Notes under the pieces: generated by a model | The model's database searches: none | What the model was told of the DNA's origin: nothing | The model's input: only the letters and a program-made list of their open reading frames with translations | Part shown: positions 9,852 through 18,889 of the stretch, piece after piece | Layout of the letters: each line of letters starts with the position of its first letter | How positions within the stretch are numbered: position 1 is the first letter of the stretch | NCBI GenBank assembly: GCA_016186645.1 | Contig: JACPLF010000006.1 | Span: 124,808-188,807 of the forward strand | Length of the DNA stretch: 64,000 bases | From: Candidatus Levyibacteriota bacterium | Lineage (GTDB): Bacteria; Patescibacteriota; Microgenomatia; Levybacterales; UBA12049 | Direction of reading: 5' to 3' | Translations under genes and position numbers: made by a program

Positions 9852-9933
9852 AGCGGAGTTCTGCAAAGCAGAACGAGCTCGCCTGCGAAGCGAAAGCGAA
9901 GACAGGCGTGGCTGCCGCTAATCGCAGGCAGAT

Positions 9934-10395
9934 ATGAAAGATACGGCAGGCCAAATGCTTCTTGGACAATACGAAGCAATTGTTGGGGAAAAGCACAGGG
10001 TAGCATTCCCTAAAAAATTAAGAGAAATTATAGGAGAAAAATTAATAATAACTTTAGGATATGAAAGTTCGCTCATTATCGTATCGGAAACAGGATGGAA
10101 GGCACTTCTCGAAGGAACAGAAGGAAGGCCATTTATTGAGAAGCCAGCAAGGGAAACTCAGCGTTACCTTCTCGGGGGGGCAACAAGCGTTTCGCTTGAC
10201 GCTAAAGGAAGGTTTATCATACCTGACTACTTACGACGCTTTGCAAAGATTAAGGGAAAAGTTATATTCCTAGGATTGTCACGATATGTTGAGCTGTGGG
10301 ATAAAGAAATTTGGGAATCCTACATAACTGATTTAGAAAAGAACATTGACAAAATTTCGACGAAACTGATTGGGAAGGACACGAAAGACAAATGA
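9934..10395 (+). CDS. mraZ: transcriptional regulator MraZ
   Basis: Two-domain MraZ signature (MLLGQYEAIVGEKHRVAFPKKLRE... and second repeat RFIIPDYLRRFA). First gene of the dcw cluster. Confidence 0.85.
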   Translation: MKDTAGQMLLGQYEAIVGEKHRVAFPKKLREIIGEKLIITLGYESSLIIVSETGWKALLEGTEGRPFIEKPARETQRYLLGGATSVSLDAKGRFIIPDYLRRFAKIKGKVIFLGLSRYVELWDKEIWESYITDLEKNIDKISTKLIGKDTKDK

Positions 10396-11246
10396 CAGAC
10401 TTTCACATAAGCGTACTTTTACAAGAAGCAATAGCCGGACTAAAAGTTGAAAAAAATAAGAAGTATATTGACGCGACGCTTGGTGGAGGAGGACACGCGA
10501 GGGAGATTTTAAGATTGGGGGGAGGAGTTTTGGGGATAGATGTGGATCAAGAAGCGATTGATTATGTTCGAGAAAATCTCAAATCTCAAATCTCAAATCT
10601 CAAATTGGTACGGGGGAATTTTAGAGACATAGACAGAATTGCACGTTTAAATAATTTTGAGGAAGTGGCTGGAATAATTTTTGACCTTGGTGTTTCCAGT
10701 CATCAAATAGATGCACCCGAAAGGGGATTTAGCTTCCAGAATGAGGGCCCGCTGGATATGCGAATGGATCAGGAGTTGGGGGTAAGGGCCCTAGACTTAA
10801 TAAAAATTTTAACAAAGGACGAACTGAATGAAATATTTAATAAATTTGGTGAAGAAAGCCGTTCTTGGCAAATATCTGAAGCTATTGTCAGCGCCCGTAG
10901 CGTGAAAGAGATTAAAACGACAAGAGAATTGGCAAAAATAGTTTTTAAAACAGCCGGAGAAAGCAAGAAAATCTTTCAGGCATTGAGGATTGTAGTAAAT
11001 GACGAATTGAATTCGATTATGGACGCTCTTCCTAAGGCATTAGGTCTTTTGGAGCCAAAAGGAAGATTAGCCATAATCTCATTTCACTCTCTGGAAGATA
11101 GAATTATAAAAAAGCACTTTTTAGAATTTGAGAGAAAAAATATGGGAAGAATTATTACACAAAAACCAATTGTTCCAAGTGATGCGGAAATTGCGCTAAA
11201 TAAAAGAGCAAGAAGCGCCAAGTTAAGAATTTTTGAGAGAAATTAG
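10392..11246 (+). CDS. rsmH: 16S rRNA (cytosine1402-N4)-methyltransferase RsmH (MraW)
   Basis: HISVLLQEAIAGL...YIDATLGGGGHA motif and position after mraZ. Contains an in-frame heptamer tandem repeat at 10575-10606. Confidence 0.85.
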   Translation: MTDFHISVLLQEAIAGLKVEKNKKYIDATLGGGGHAREILRLGGGVLGIDVDQEAIDYVRENLKSQISNLKLVRGNFRDIDRIARLNNFEEVAGIIFDLGVSSHQIDAPERGFSFQNEGPLDMRMDQELGVRALDLIKILTKDELNEIFNKFGEESRSWQISEAIVSARSVKEIKTTRELAKIVFKTAGESKKIFQALRIVVNDELNSIMDALPKALGLLEPKGRLAIISFHSLEDRIIKKHFLEFERKNMGRIITQKPIVPSDAEIALNKRARSAKLRIFERN

Positions 11247-11273
11247 CCCGTTCGGCAAGCTCAGGATAAATAT

Positions 11274-11561
11274 ATGAAAAAACCTGCCCTTATTATTACA
11301 TTTTTGATTGGAGTGATTGTTGTGCTCTCTATAGTTAGAGTAGTTGTCTATAATAGATTATCTACCTCTGGAGTATTGGTTGGAGAACTGGAGGAGCAAA
11401 TCAGTCTTTATAAAACACAAAATGCTATTTTGGCAGAAGAGGTCTTGTCTTCTTCTTCTCTAACGAGTATAGTTGCAAGAGCACAAGATCTGGGATTTAC
11501 CAACAAGGACAAATCGCTCTTAGTTATTAAAACATCAAGACCTTTGGCTGTTAAGCGATGA
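11274..11561 (+). CDS. ftsL: cell division protein FtsL-like (single TM plus coiled coil)
   Basis: 95 aa with an N-terminal TM helix and a helical C-terminus. It sits in the canonical position between rsmH and ftsI. Confidence 0.5.
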   Translation: MKKPALIITFLIGVIVVLSIVRVVVYNRLSTSGVLVGELEEQISLYKTQNAILAEEVLSSSSLTSIVARAQDLGFTNKDKSLLVIKTSRPLAVKR

Positions 11562-11573
11562 TCCTTCGAATGT

Positions 11574-13253
11574 ATGAAATGGCGCTATCCTTTAGTTTTT
11601 ATAGCCTTGGTTTTCTTCTTTGTCTGCGTAATAGCGCGCTTATTTTATTGGCAAGTTGTGAAAGCAGAAATGCTCTCCGAGTTGGCCCAATCTCAATATA
11701 ATGGAATTATCAGAGTTTTGCCGCGGCGCGGAGAGATAAAAACGTCTGATGGATTTTCTTTGGCAGCAAATAAGGTATCCTATCTTTTATTTATTAACCC
11801 AACAGCAATAAAGGATAAAAAATATACTGTAAATATTCTTTCTTCGCTCCTTGATCTACCTGCGGCTTCTGTAAGCTCAAAAATTGTGCCTGAAAAATTA
11901 TGGGTTCCAGTTCAATCAGGCTTGGATGCCAAGAAGAAAGAAGAAATTGAGAGGATACATATTCCCGGAGTCGGATTTGAAGAACAATATTCCCGTTTCT
12001 ATCCTGAGGCATCCACTGCTGCTCATCTGGTGGGATTTGTGGGAAAAAATGAGTCGGGGCAAGATAAGGGATACGTTGGCCTTGAGGGGTTTTATGATAG
12101 GCTTTTGAGAGGCAAGGATGGATATGCTGTGGAGTTTCACGATGCCCTTGGAAGGCCGATTTTATCCAAAAGAATAGATAGAACCAATGGATCGGACGGG
12201 GGCAATCTTTTCATGAGTATTGATAGGTCAGTGCAGTTTCTGGCTGAACAAAAACTCAAAGATGGAATTGAAAGATATGGTGCTTTGGGGGGGATGGTTG
12301 GGATTATGGATCCAGCAGCAGGAGATATTGTCGCGATGGCTTCTTTTCCTTCGTATTCACCTCAAAAATATTGGGAATATGACGAAAGTTTGTATACAAA
12401 TCCATTCATTACGAATACATATGAGCCTGGATCTACTCTGAAGCCAATTATAATGGCATCTGCTCTGGATGCGGGAATTATCACCCCTCAGACGAAATGT
12501 GATATTTGCGGGGGGCCTGTGAACGTAAGCGACTATGATCTGCATACCTGGAATGACAAATACTATAAAGATACAAATATGATTGAGGTCATACAGCATT
12601 CCGACAATACTGGTATGGTTTTTGTTGCCTTAAAACTTGGGGTAGACAAAATGATATCTTATTTAACCCGCTTTGGGATAGGCAGCCTAACGGACATTGA
12701 TCTTCAGGGAGAAATAGCGCCCTCTTTTAAGCCCAGATCCGCTTGGTATGATGTGGATTTGGCAACTACTGGCTTTGGCCAGGGAATTTCGGTTACGCCT
12801 ATTGAGCTTTTGAGTGCGTTTTCAGGACTAGCAAATGAAGGAAAAATTATGCAGCCGCGAGTTGTGAAAGCTTTTGAGAATGCAAATGGAGAAACACTTA
12901 AGATTCCGGTTAAGGTCAAAGGGACTCCTATTTCAGCCAAAACTGCCAAAGTTATGACTGAAATTCTGGTAAATGCAGTTGAGAAAGGAGAGGCTCAATG
13001 GACAAAGCTAAAAGGCTACAGAATAGCCGGAAAAACAGGTACAGCATCAATTCCTGTGGCTGGACACTATGATCCCAAAAATACAATTACATCATTTATT
13101 GGTTTTGCTCCGGCAGATAAGCCCAAATTTGCTATGCTTGTAATTCTAAATAAGCCAACTAGCTCGATTTATGCGGCAGAAACCGCAGCTCCTTTATTCT
13201 TCGACATCGCAAAAGATCTCCTTTCCTACTACGGCATTCCCCCAAGTGAATAA
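11574..13253 (+). CDS. ftsI: penicillin-binding protein / peptidoglycan D,D-transpeptidase FtsI
   Basis: SXXK (GSTLKP), SXN (HSDNTG) and KTG (AGKTGTA) active-site motifs, with an N-terminal TM anchor. Confidence 0.85.
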   Translation: MKWRYPLVFIALVFFFVCVIARLFYWQVVKAEMLSELAQSQYNGIIRVLPRRGEIKTSDGFSLAANKVSYLLFINPTAIKDKKYTVNILSSLLDLPAASVSSKIVPEKLWVPVQSGLDAKKKEEIERIHIPGVGFEEQYSRFYPEASTAAHLVGFVGKNESGQDKGYVGLEGFYDRLLRGKDGYAVEFHDALGRPILSKRIDRTNGSDGGNLFMSIDRSVQFLAEQKLKDGIERYGALGGMVGIMDPAAGDIVAMASFPSYSPQKYWEYDESLYTNPFITNTYEPGSTLKPIIMASALDAGIITPQTKCDICGGPVNVSDYDLHTWNDKYYKDTNMIEVIQHSDNTGMVFVALKLGVDKMISYLTRFGIGSLTDIDLQGEIAPSFKPRSAWYDVDLATTGFGQGISVTPIELLSAFSGLANEGKIMQPRVVKAFENANGETLKIPVKVKGTPISAKTAKVMTEILVNAVEKGEAQWTKLKGYRIAGKTGTASIPVAGHYDPKNTITSFIGFAPADKPKFAMLVILNKPTSSIYAAETAAPLFFDIAKDLLSYYGIPPSE

Positions 13254-13290
13254 TAACAAAAACAGGCTTAATAGGCTATAATATAGGAAT

Positions 13291-14502
13291 ATGTGGCAAG
13301 ATATTAAAAATATTTATCATTTGGGAATTGCTGTGCTGGCAAATATTTTTTACGGGTTTTCTTCTCAGAAAATTAAAGTTATTGGAGTGACGGGTACGGA
13401 CGGAAAAACAACCACGGCAAGCCTCATTTATCACATTTTAAATACTGCAGGCTTTAAAACATCTATGGTGACTTCGGTTGGCGCAGTCATTAGCGGGAAA
13501 AAGTACGATGTAGGTTTTCATGTTACTACTCCTTCATCTTTTGCGATACAAAAGTTTTTCAAAAAGGCTTTGGATACGGGATCGAAATTTCTTGTCTTGG
13601 AGACTACTTCCCATGCTTTGGATCAATTCAGGGTATTCGGCATTAGTTATGAAGTCGGAGTTCTGACAAATGTTACTCATGAGCATTTGGACTATCACAA
13701 AACTTATGAGAATTACGTCAAAACCAAAGCCAAACTTCTTGAAATGAGCAAAATTGCAATTGTTAACAGAGACGACTCTTCCTACAAACTAATTTTTAAT
13801 TTCAAATTTCTAATTTCTAAGTTGGTGACGTATGGAATGGGAAAAAATAGCAACATTAATCCCAAAACGTTTCCGTTTGAAACAAGCATGATTGGCGAGT
13901 TTAATGTTTATAATTCGCTTGCAGCAATTGCAGTTTGTATGCAGCTTGGAATAAAAAATGAAGATATCAGAAAGGGGATTGAAAGCTTTGTGATGCCGCT
14001 TGGAAGAGAAGACATAATCTTTAAAAAGGATTTTACTGTTATGATTGATTTTGCGCATACTCCAAATGCTTTTGAGCAAATTCTTAAATCAATCAAGCCG
14101 GAAGTAAAAGGTAGATTAATTCATGTTTTTGGCAGTGCCGGAGCAAGGGACGCAACCAAAAGACCATTGATGGGAAAAATGTCCTCAAAATACGCAGATA
14201 TTATTGTCTTAACAGCGGAAGACCCAAGATCAGAAAAAATTGAGAAGATTAATAGTGAGATTAAATCTGGAATTCCCCACTTCGCTAAAGCTTCGTGGGG
14301 CAAGCAGAATTCAGTTCAGCTTGTTGAGATTCCTGATAGGAAGGAAGCGATTAAAACCGCGATTGATATGGCAAAAAAAGGAGATTTCGTTATTATAACA
14401 GGCAAATCTCACGAAAAATCTATGAATTACGGACACGGCGAGGTCGCATGGGACGAATATAAAGCAGTAAAAGCTGCTTTAGAATTAAGATTTAAGAATT
14501 AA
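13291..14502 (+). CDS. murE: Mur ligase, most likely UDP-MurNAc-L-Ala-D-Glu:diamino-acid ligase MurE (short form)
   Basis: P-loop GVTGTDGKTTT, HLDYH and DFAHTP motifs, and EDPR in place of the DNPR motif. Position after ftsI supports MurE. 403 aa. Confidence 0.6.
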   Translation: MWQDIKNIYHLGIAVLANIFYGFSSQKIKVIGVTGTDGKTTTASLIYHILNTAGFKTSMVTSVGAVISGKKYDVGFHVTTPSSFAIQKFFKKALDTGSKFLVLETTSHALDQFRVFGISYEVGVLTNVTHEHLDYHKTYENYVKTKAKLLEMSKIAIVNRDDSSYKLIFNFKFLISKLVTYGMGKNSNINPKTFPFETSMIGEFNVYNSLAAIAVCMQLGIKNEDIRKGIESFVMPLGREDIIFKKDFTVMIDFAHTPNAFEQILKSIKPEVKGRLIHVFGSAGARDATKRPLMGKMSSKYADIIVLTAEDPRSEKIEKINSEIKSGIPHFAKASWGKQNSVQLVEIPDRKEAIKTAIDMAKKGDFVIITGKSHEKSMNYGHGEVAWDEYKAVKAALELRFKN

Positions 14503-14513
14503 GATTTAAGAAT
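14481..14513. repeat. 33-bp direct repeat copy 1 spanning the murE stop codon (AGAATTAAGATTTAAGAATTAAGATTTAAGAAT)
   Basis: Near-identical (32/33) to 15852-15884. Encodes the ...ELRFKN* C-terminus. Confidence 0.6.
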
Positions 14514-15873
14514 GAAAAAGATACGCTCAATCCACTTCGTAGGAATTAAGGGTGTTGGAATGACTCCTCTGGCAATTATTGCCAAAGAAGCAGGAATGAG
14601 CGTTTCCGGTTCGGACATCGCAGAAGAATTTATCACTTCACAGCTTTTAAAAAAAGCAGGAATTGTTCCTTTTGTTGGTTTTTCAAAAGAAAATGTTAAG
14701 AATCCGGATTTAGTTATAACAACCGGAGCGCATGGCGGATTCAACAATGTTGAAGTTTTGGAGGCAAAGAAGAAAAACATAAAAGTTATAACTCAAGGCG
14801 AGGCGGTTGGGATTTTCATGAAAGGAGAAATCTTTGGAAGAAGGTTAATCGGAATTTCTGTAACAGGCACACATGGAAAGACCACTACAACAGCAATGAT
14901 TGCTACAATGCTTAAAGACTGCGGGCTTGATCCGTCTTTTGTAATTGGGACTGGAAATATTTTGTCTTTGGGATCATCAGGCCATTTTGGGAAAGGGAAA
15001 TATTTTATAGCTGAAGCAGATGAGTACATGACAGAACCCAACTTTGACAGAACGATAAAGCACATGTGGCAGCATCCAAAAATTGCCGTAATTACAAATA
15101 TTGAATTTGATCATCCGGACGCATATAAATCTTTGGATGATACTCGGGAAAAATTTCTTGAATTTGCCAATCAGTTGCCAGTTCAGGGGGTTTTAATTAT
15201 ATGCGGAGATGATCCTCAAGTTAAGAAACTTCTTTCCGAGTTTAAGAGTAGGAAAATAACCTACGGATTTGATAAGAATAATGATTTTGTCGTCGACGAA
15301 GTTTTGAAAGGTATTAAGTTATCTGTTTTTGGAGATCACAATAGACTAAATGCTACTGCAGCTTTCATAGTAGGTATTGAAGTAGGTCTTGAAAAAGAAA
15401 ACATTAGAGAAGGCTTAATTGCATTTAAGGGGTCGAAAAGGCGGTCTGAATTGGTAGGTAGGCTTGAATCCGGAGCTTTAGTTTACGATGATTATGCTCA
15501 TCATCCCACAGAAATTAAAAGAACTTTGCAGGCTTTCAGAGAAAACTTTCCAAACTCAAAAATAGTCTGTATTTTCCAACCCCATACATATTCTCGAACC
15601 AAATCATTGTTCGAACAATTTAGTAGCTCTTTTGATGACGTTGATACTGTTGTTTTAACTAAAATATTTTCTTCCGCGAGAGAAAAAGTTGATCCCACAG
15701 TTTCAATGCCTGATTTAGCTACAAAAATTGGCAAAAAAGCCTTATTTTTGCCTAATCTTTCTGATGTGGTAAAATACCTAAACAATCAAGATTTTGGTGA
15801 GGGGACTATTGTGATTACTATGGGAGCCGGAGATGTCTACAAGATTAGCAAAGAATTAAGATTTAAGAATTAA
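14512..15873 (+). CDS. murC: UDP-N-acetylmuramate--L-alanine ligase MurC
   Basis: N-terminal IHFVGIKGVGMTPLAIIAKEAGMSVSGSD and P-loop GTHGKTTTTAMIA. Confidence 0.8.
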   Translation: MKKIRSIHFVGIKGVGMTPLAIIAKEAGMSVSGSDIAEEFITSQLLKKAGIVPFVGFSKENVKNPDLVITTGAHGGFNNVEVLEAKKKNIKVITQGEAVGIFMKGEIFGRRLIGISVTGTHGKTTTTAMIATMLKDCGLDPSFVIGTGNILSLGSSGHFGKGKYFIAEADEYMTEPNFDRTIKHMWQHPKIAVITNIEFDHPDAYKSLDDTREKFLEFANQLPVQGVLIICGDDPQVKKLLSEFKSRKITYGFDKNNDFVVDEVLKGIKLSVFGDHNRLNATAAFIVGIEVGLEKENIREGLIAFKGSKRRSELVGRLESGALVYDDYAHHPTEIKRTLQAFRENFPNSKIVCIFQPHTYSRTKSLFEQFSSSFDDVDTVVLTKIFSSAREKVDPTVSMPDLATKIGKKALFLPNLSDVVKYLNNQDFGEGTIVITMGAGDVYKISKELRFKN

Positions 15874-15884
15874 GATTTAATAAT
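15852..15884. repeat. 33-bp direct repeat copy 2 spanning the murC stop codon
   Basis: AGAATTAAGATTTAAGAATTAAGATTTAATAAT. MurC therefore also ends ...ELRFKN*. Confidence 0.6.
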
Positions 15885-15885
15885 T

Positions 15886-17223
15886 ATGGAGAAAATTGTT
15901 ATAAAAGGCGGAAAAAGATTAACAGGCAGTATTTTTGTATCCGGAGCCAAAAATGTGGCTTTGAAAGCCATGGTGGCTGCATGTTTGACAGATGAGAAAG
16001 TGACAATAAAAAATATTCCTTTAATTTCTGATTTTATGGTTATGGTTGCAATAATAAAGGAATTAGGAGGAAAGGTTAAGGTCGTTGATCATATTGTCCA
16101 TATTCACATGAAGAAATTCAAGAAAGAAAAAATTTCCTTGGAAGAAGCAGGCAAAATACGAACATCTGTTATGTTTCTAGCCCCGCTTTTGGCCAGAATG
16201 GGAAAAGCAATTATTCCTAACCCCGGAGGATGCAGAATCGGAGCAAGGCCAATAGACAGAACCGTAGAAGGTCTTGAGAAAATGGGCTATTCAGCTTCAT
16301 ACAAAAGTAAAGACGGATTTTTCTATTTGCATAGCAAAAGTGAGCCTGCAAAAAAAGAGATTGTTTATAAATTTGAAAAAAGCACTCATACCGGCACTGA
16401 GACTCTTATTATGGTTGCATGTCTTTTAAATGGTACAAAAATAACTTTGGAAAATGCTGCTGCAGAGCCTGAAATAGATGAGTTAATAAATCTTCTTAAT
16501 CAGATGGGTGCTAAAATTTTAAGAACCAAAGAGAGAACAATAGTTATACAGGGTGTTGAGAAATTGAAGGGAACAGAATTTACCATAGATTCAGACAGAA
16601 ATGAAATTGTTACCCTTGCTGTTGCGGCTATTGTTACAAAAGGAGATATTCTAGTGAAAGGGGTGCAAAATGTTGACCTATCTCCCTTTATTCAAAGACT
16701 TGAGCTAGCCGGTGGAGGAGTAGAGCAAAAAAAAGAAGGAATCAGGTTTTTTTATAAAGGAGAATTAAATAAAGTTGATGTTGAGACCTCAATTTATCCC
16801 GGTTTTATGACGGATTGGCAAGGACCTTGGGCGATACTTATGACTCAGGCAAAGGGAGAGTCAATAATTCATGAAACAGTTTATGAAAATAGATTCGGAT
16901 ATGTTAAAGAGCTTGGAAAAATGGGAGCGGATATAGCTCTTTTTAATCCTGAAATAAAAAATCCTGAAAAAGTTTACAATTTTAATCTGTCCGACAACGA
17001 TGATTCCTATTTCCATGCAATAAAAGTAAAAGGCCCAACAAAATTACATAACGGCGTTGTTGAGATTTCAGATTTGAGAGCGGGGGCAACTTTGGTTTTG
17101 GCCGCTTTATCAGCAGCAGGAGAAAGTGTAATATTCGGCGTTGAACATTTGGATCGGGGATATGAAAAATTAGAGGCAGGATTGGGAAGTCTGGGTGCTA
17201 ATATAAAAAGAATTCAGGAATAA
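15886..17223 (+). CDS. murA: UDP-N-acetylglucosamine 1-carboxyvinyltransferase MurA
   Basis: MEKIVIKGGKRLTGSIFVSGAKNVALKAMVAACL is a canonical MurA N-terminus. 445 aa. Confidence 0.85.
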   Translation: MEKIVIKGGKRLTGSIFVSGAKNVALKAMVAACLTDEKVTIKNIPLISDFMVMVAIIKELGGKVKVVDHIVHIHMKKFKKEKISLEEAGKIRTSVMFLAPLLARMGKAIIPNPGGCRIGARPIDRTVEGLEKMGYSASYKSKDGFFYLHSKSEPAKKEIVYKFEKSTHTGTETLIMVACLLNGTKITLENAAAEPEIDELINLLNQMGAKILRTKERTIVIQGVEKLKGTEFTIDSDRNEIVTLAVAAIVTKGDILVKGVQNVDLSPFIQRLELAGGGVEQKKEGIRFFYKGELNKVDVETSIYPGFMTDWQGPWAILMTQAKGESIIHETVYENRFGYVKELGKMGADIALFNPEIKNPEKVYNFNLSDNDDSYFHAIKVKGPTKLHNGVVEISDLRAGATLVLAALSAAGESVIFGVEHLDRGYEKLEAGLGSLGANIKRIQE

Positions 17224-17229
17224 TTTTCT

Positions 17230-17970
17230 ATGAAAAAAATTGCAGCAATTATTCTGGCAGCGGGTAAAGGAAAAAGAATGAAATCAAAATATATAAATAA
17301 AGTTGTTGTTTCCTTGGGCGATAAGCATATGATTCTTCACGCAGTCGATAGATTAAAAGGGCTTTTGATTAACCCTATAATTGTGGTTGTAGGTTTTGCA
17401 AAAGAATCTGTGATGAAAGTTCTGGATGGAAAAGTAATCTTTGCAGAGCAAGCAAAAAGATTAGGTACTGCTCATGCTGTAATGTGCGGCTTGAAAAAAG
17501 TACCACAGGATGTAGATGCGGTTTTGGTTCTCAATGGAGATGATTCGGCTTTTTATACGAGCGAAATAATTGAAAAACTCATAAAAACCCATCAGGATTC
17601 AAGTGCGGCATTATCTTTTTTGACAATAACAGTTGATAATCCTTCGGGACTTGGAAGAGTAGTTAGAGATAATAATGGCAAAATAATGGGAATTGTTGAA
17701 GAAAAAGATGCAACCGAAAAGCAAAGAGGAATTAGCGAAATTAATCCGGCGTGCTATACTTTTAATATCTCATTTTTGAAAAAATATTTAGATAAAATTA
17801 AGAAAAGTGATGTTACCGGAGAATATTATCTAACGTCCCTTATAGATGCTGCAATTAAAAACAACGAAAAGGTGGAATCGGTTCCCTGTGGAAAGATTTT
17901 ATGGCGGGGAATAAATACGCCGGAAGAATTAAAAGAAGCGGAAAGATTATTTTTAACTTTTAAAAATTAA
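17230..17970 (+). CDS. sugar-phosphate nucleotidyltransferase resembling the GlmU N-terminal (uridyltransferase) domain only
   Basis: AAIILAAGKGKRMKS G-loop. 246 aa with no left-handed beta-helix acetyltransferase domain. Confidence 0.6.
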   Translation: MKKIAAIILAAGKGKRMKSKYINKVVVSLGDKHMILHAVDRLKGLLINPIIVVVGFAKESVMKVLDGKVIFAEQAKRLGTAHAVMCGLKKVPQDVDAVLVLNGDDSAFYTSEIIEKLIKTHQDSSAALSFLTITVDNPSGLGRVVRDNNGKIMGIVEEKDATEKQRGISEINPACYTFNISFLKKYLDKIKKSDVTGEYYLTSLIDAAIKNNEKVESVPCGKILWRGINTPEELKEAERLFLTFKN

Positions 17971-17971
17971 T

Positions 17972-18403
17972 ATGGAAATTACAATAGAACAGATCAAAAC
18001 TTTTTCTTCTGATTTAACACCGGCTTTAAATAGTCTATTAAAACAGCTAAATGAAGAAGCAGAAGCTCTTGATGATAAAGACGTTATGGGAATAATTGAG
18101 TCTTCACCTAATCGCTTGTTTGTTGCAAGAAGCGGTAGAGAAATAATCGGCATGCTGACTTTAATAGTATTTCGTAGCGCTTTTGCAAAAAAAGGACTGC
18201 TTGAGGACATTGTTGTTGATAGTAAATATCGGGGAAAGGGAGTTGGTACAAAAATAATTTTGGCTGCAATTGATGAGGCTCGCCGTGAAGGAGTGACTCA
18301 TCTTGATTTTACTTCCAGTCCTCAGCGGGAGGATGCAAATAGACTCTATCAGCATATGGGATTTGAGAAGCGAGACACCAACGTATACAGAATAAAATTA
18401 TAA
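17972..18403 (+). CDS. GNAT family N-acetyltransferase (candidate glucosamine-6-P N-acetyltransferase)
   Basis: GNAT motif A region VDSKYRGKGVGTKIILAAIDEARREG. 143 aa, the size of GNA1-type enzymes. Start overlaps the upstream stop. Confidence 0.65.
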   Translation: MEITIEQIKTFSSDLTPALNSLLKQLNEEAEALDDKDVMGIIESSPNRLFVARSGREIIGMLTLIVFRSAFAKKGLLEDIVVDSKYRGKGVGTKIILAAIDEARREGVTHLDFTSSPQREDANRLYQHMGFEKRDTNVYRIKL

Positions 18404-18880
18404 ATGGACAAAAATAAAGTTGTACTTTTTGATATAGACTACACTCTCTTTGACACAGCTTTTTTTAAAGAAAGTAAGCTTTTAAAACATAAAATCTATG
18501 AAGAGGTAATTGATGTTTTGGATGGTCTGAGTAAAATTGCAATTCTCGGAGTTTATTCGGAGGGAGATATTGATTTTCAAGTAAATAAAATTAAGGAAAC
18601 AAATATAGATAGGTATTTTGCCAAAGAAAATACGCATGTCGTTTTAGATAAGCTTTCGGATTTAAAAATAATATTTGAAAAATACAAAAATAAAAAAACT
18701 TTTCTTGTTGATGATAAGTTGCATATTTTACATAATGTAGAACAATTATTTCCTGACGTTTTTACCATTTGGGTAAAAAGAGGACCATTTGCGCAGAGCC
18801 AAACAGAAATTGCAGGATTCAAGCCCGATGCAGAAATCACGAACTTGGGAGAAGTTAAGAGTTTGATACTTAATACATAA
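18404..18880 (+). CDS. HAD-superfamily hydrolase-like protein
   Basis: N-terminal DxDxT motif (VVLFDIDYTLFDT). 158 aa. Confidence 0.5.
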   Translation: MDKNKVVLFDIDYTLFDTAFFKESKLLKHKIYEEVIDVLDGLSKIAILGVYSEGDIDFQVNKIKETNIDRYFAKENTHVVLDKLSDLKIIFEKYKNKKTFLVDDKLHILHNVEQLFPDVFTIWVKRGPFAQSQTEIAGFKPDAEITNLGEVKSLILNT

Positions 18881-18889
18881 TACTTTCGT

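Noticed and set aside
9746-10013. Four mutually overlapping 61-78-aa ORFs on both strands just upstream of mraZ
   Set aside because: They overlap each other and the GTGGG operator array and GC-rich hairpins. The region is better explained as mraZ regulatory DNA or leader than as protein-coding.
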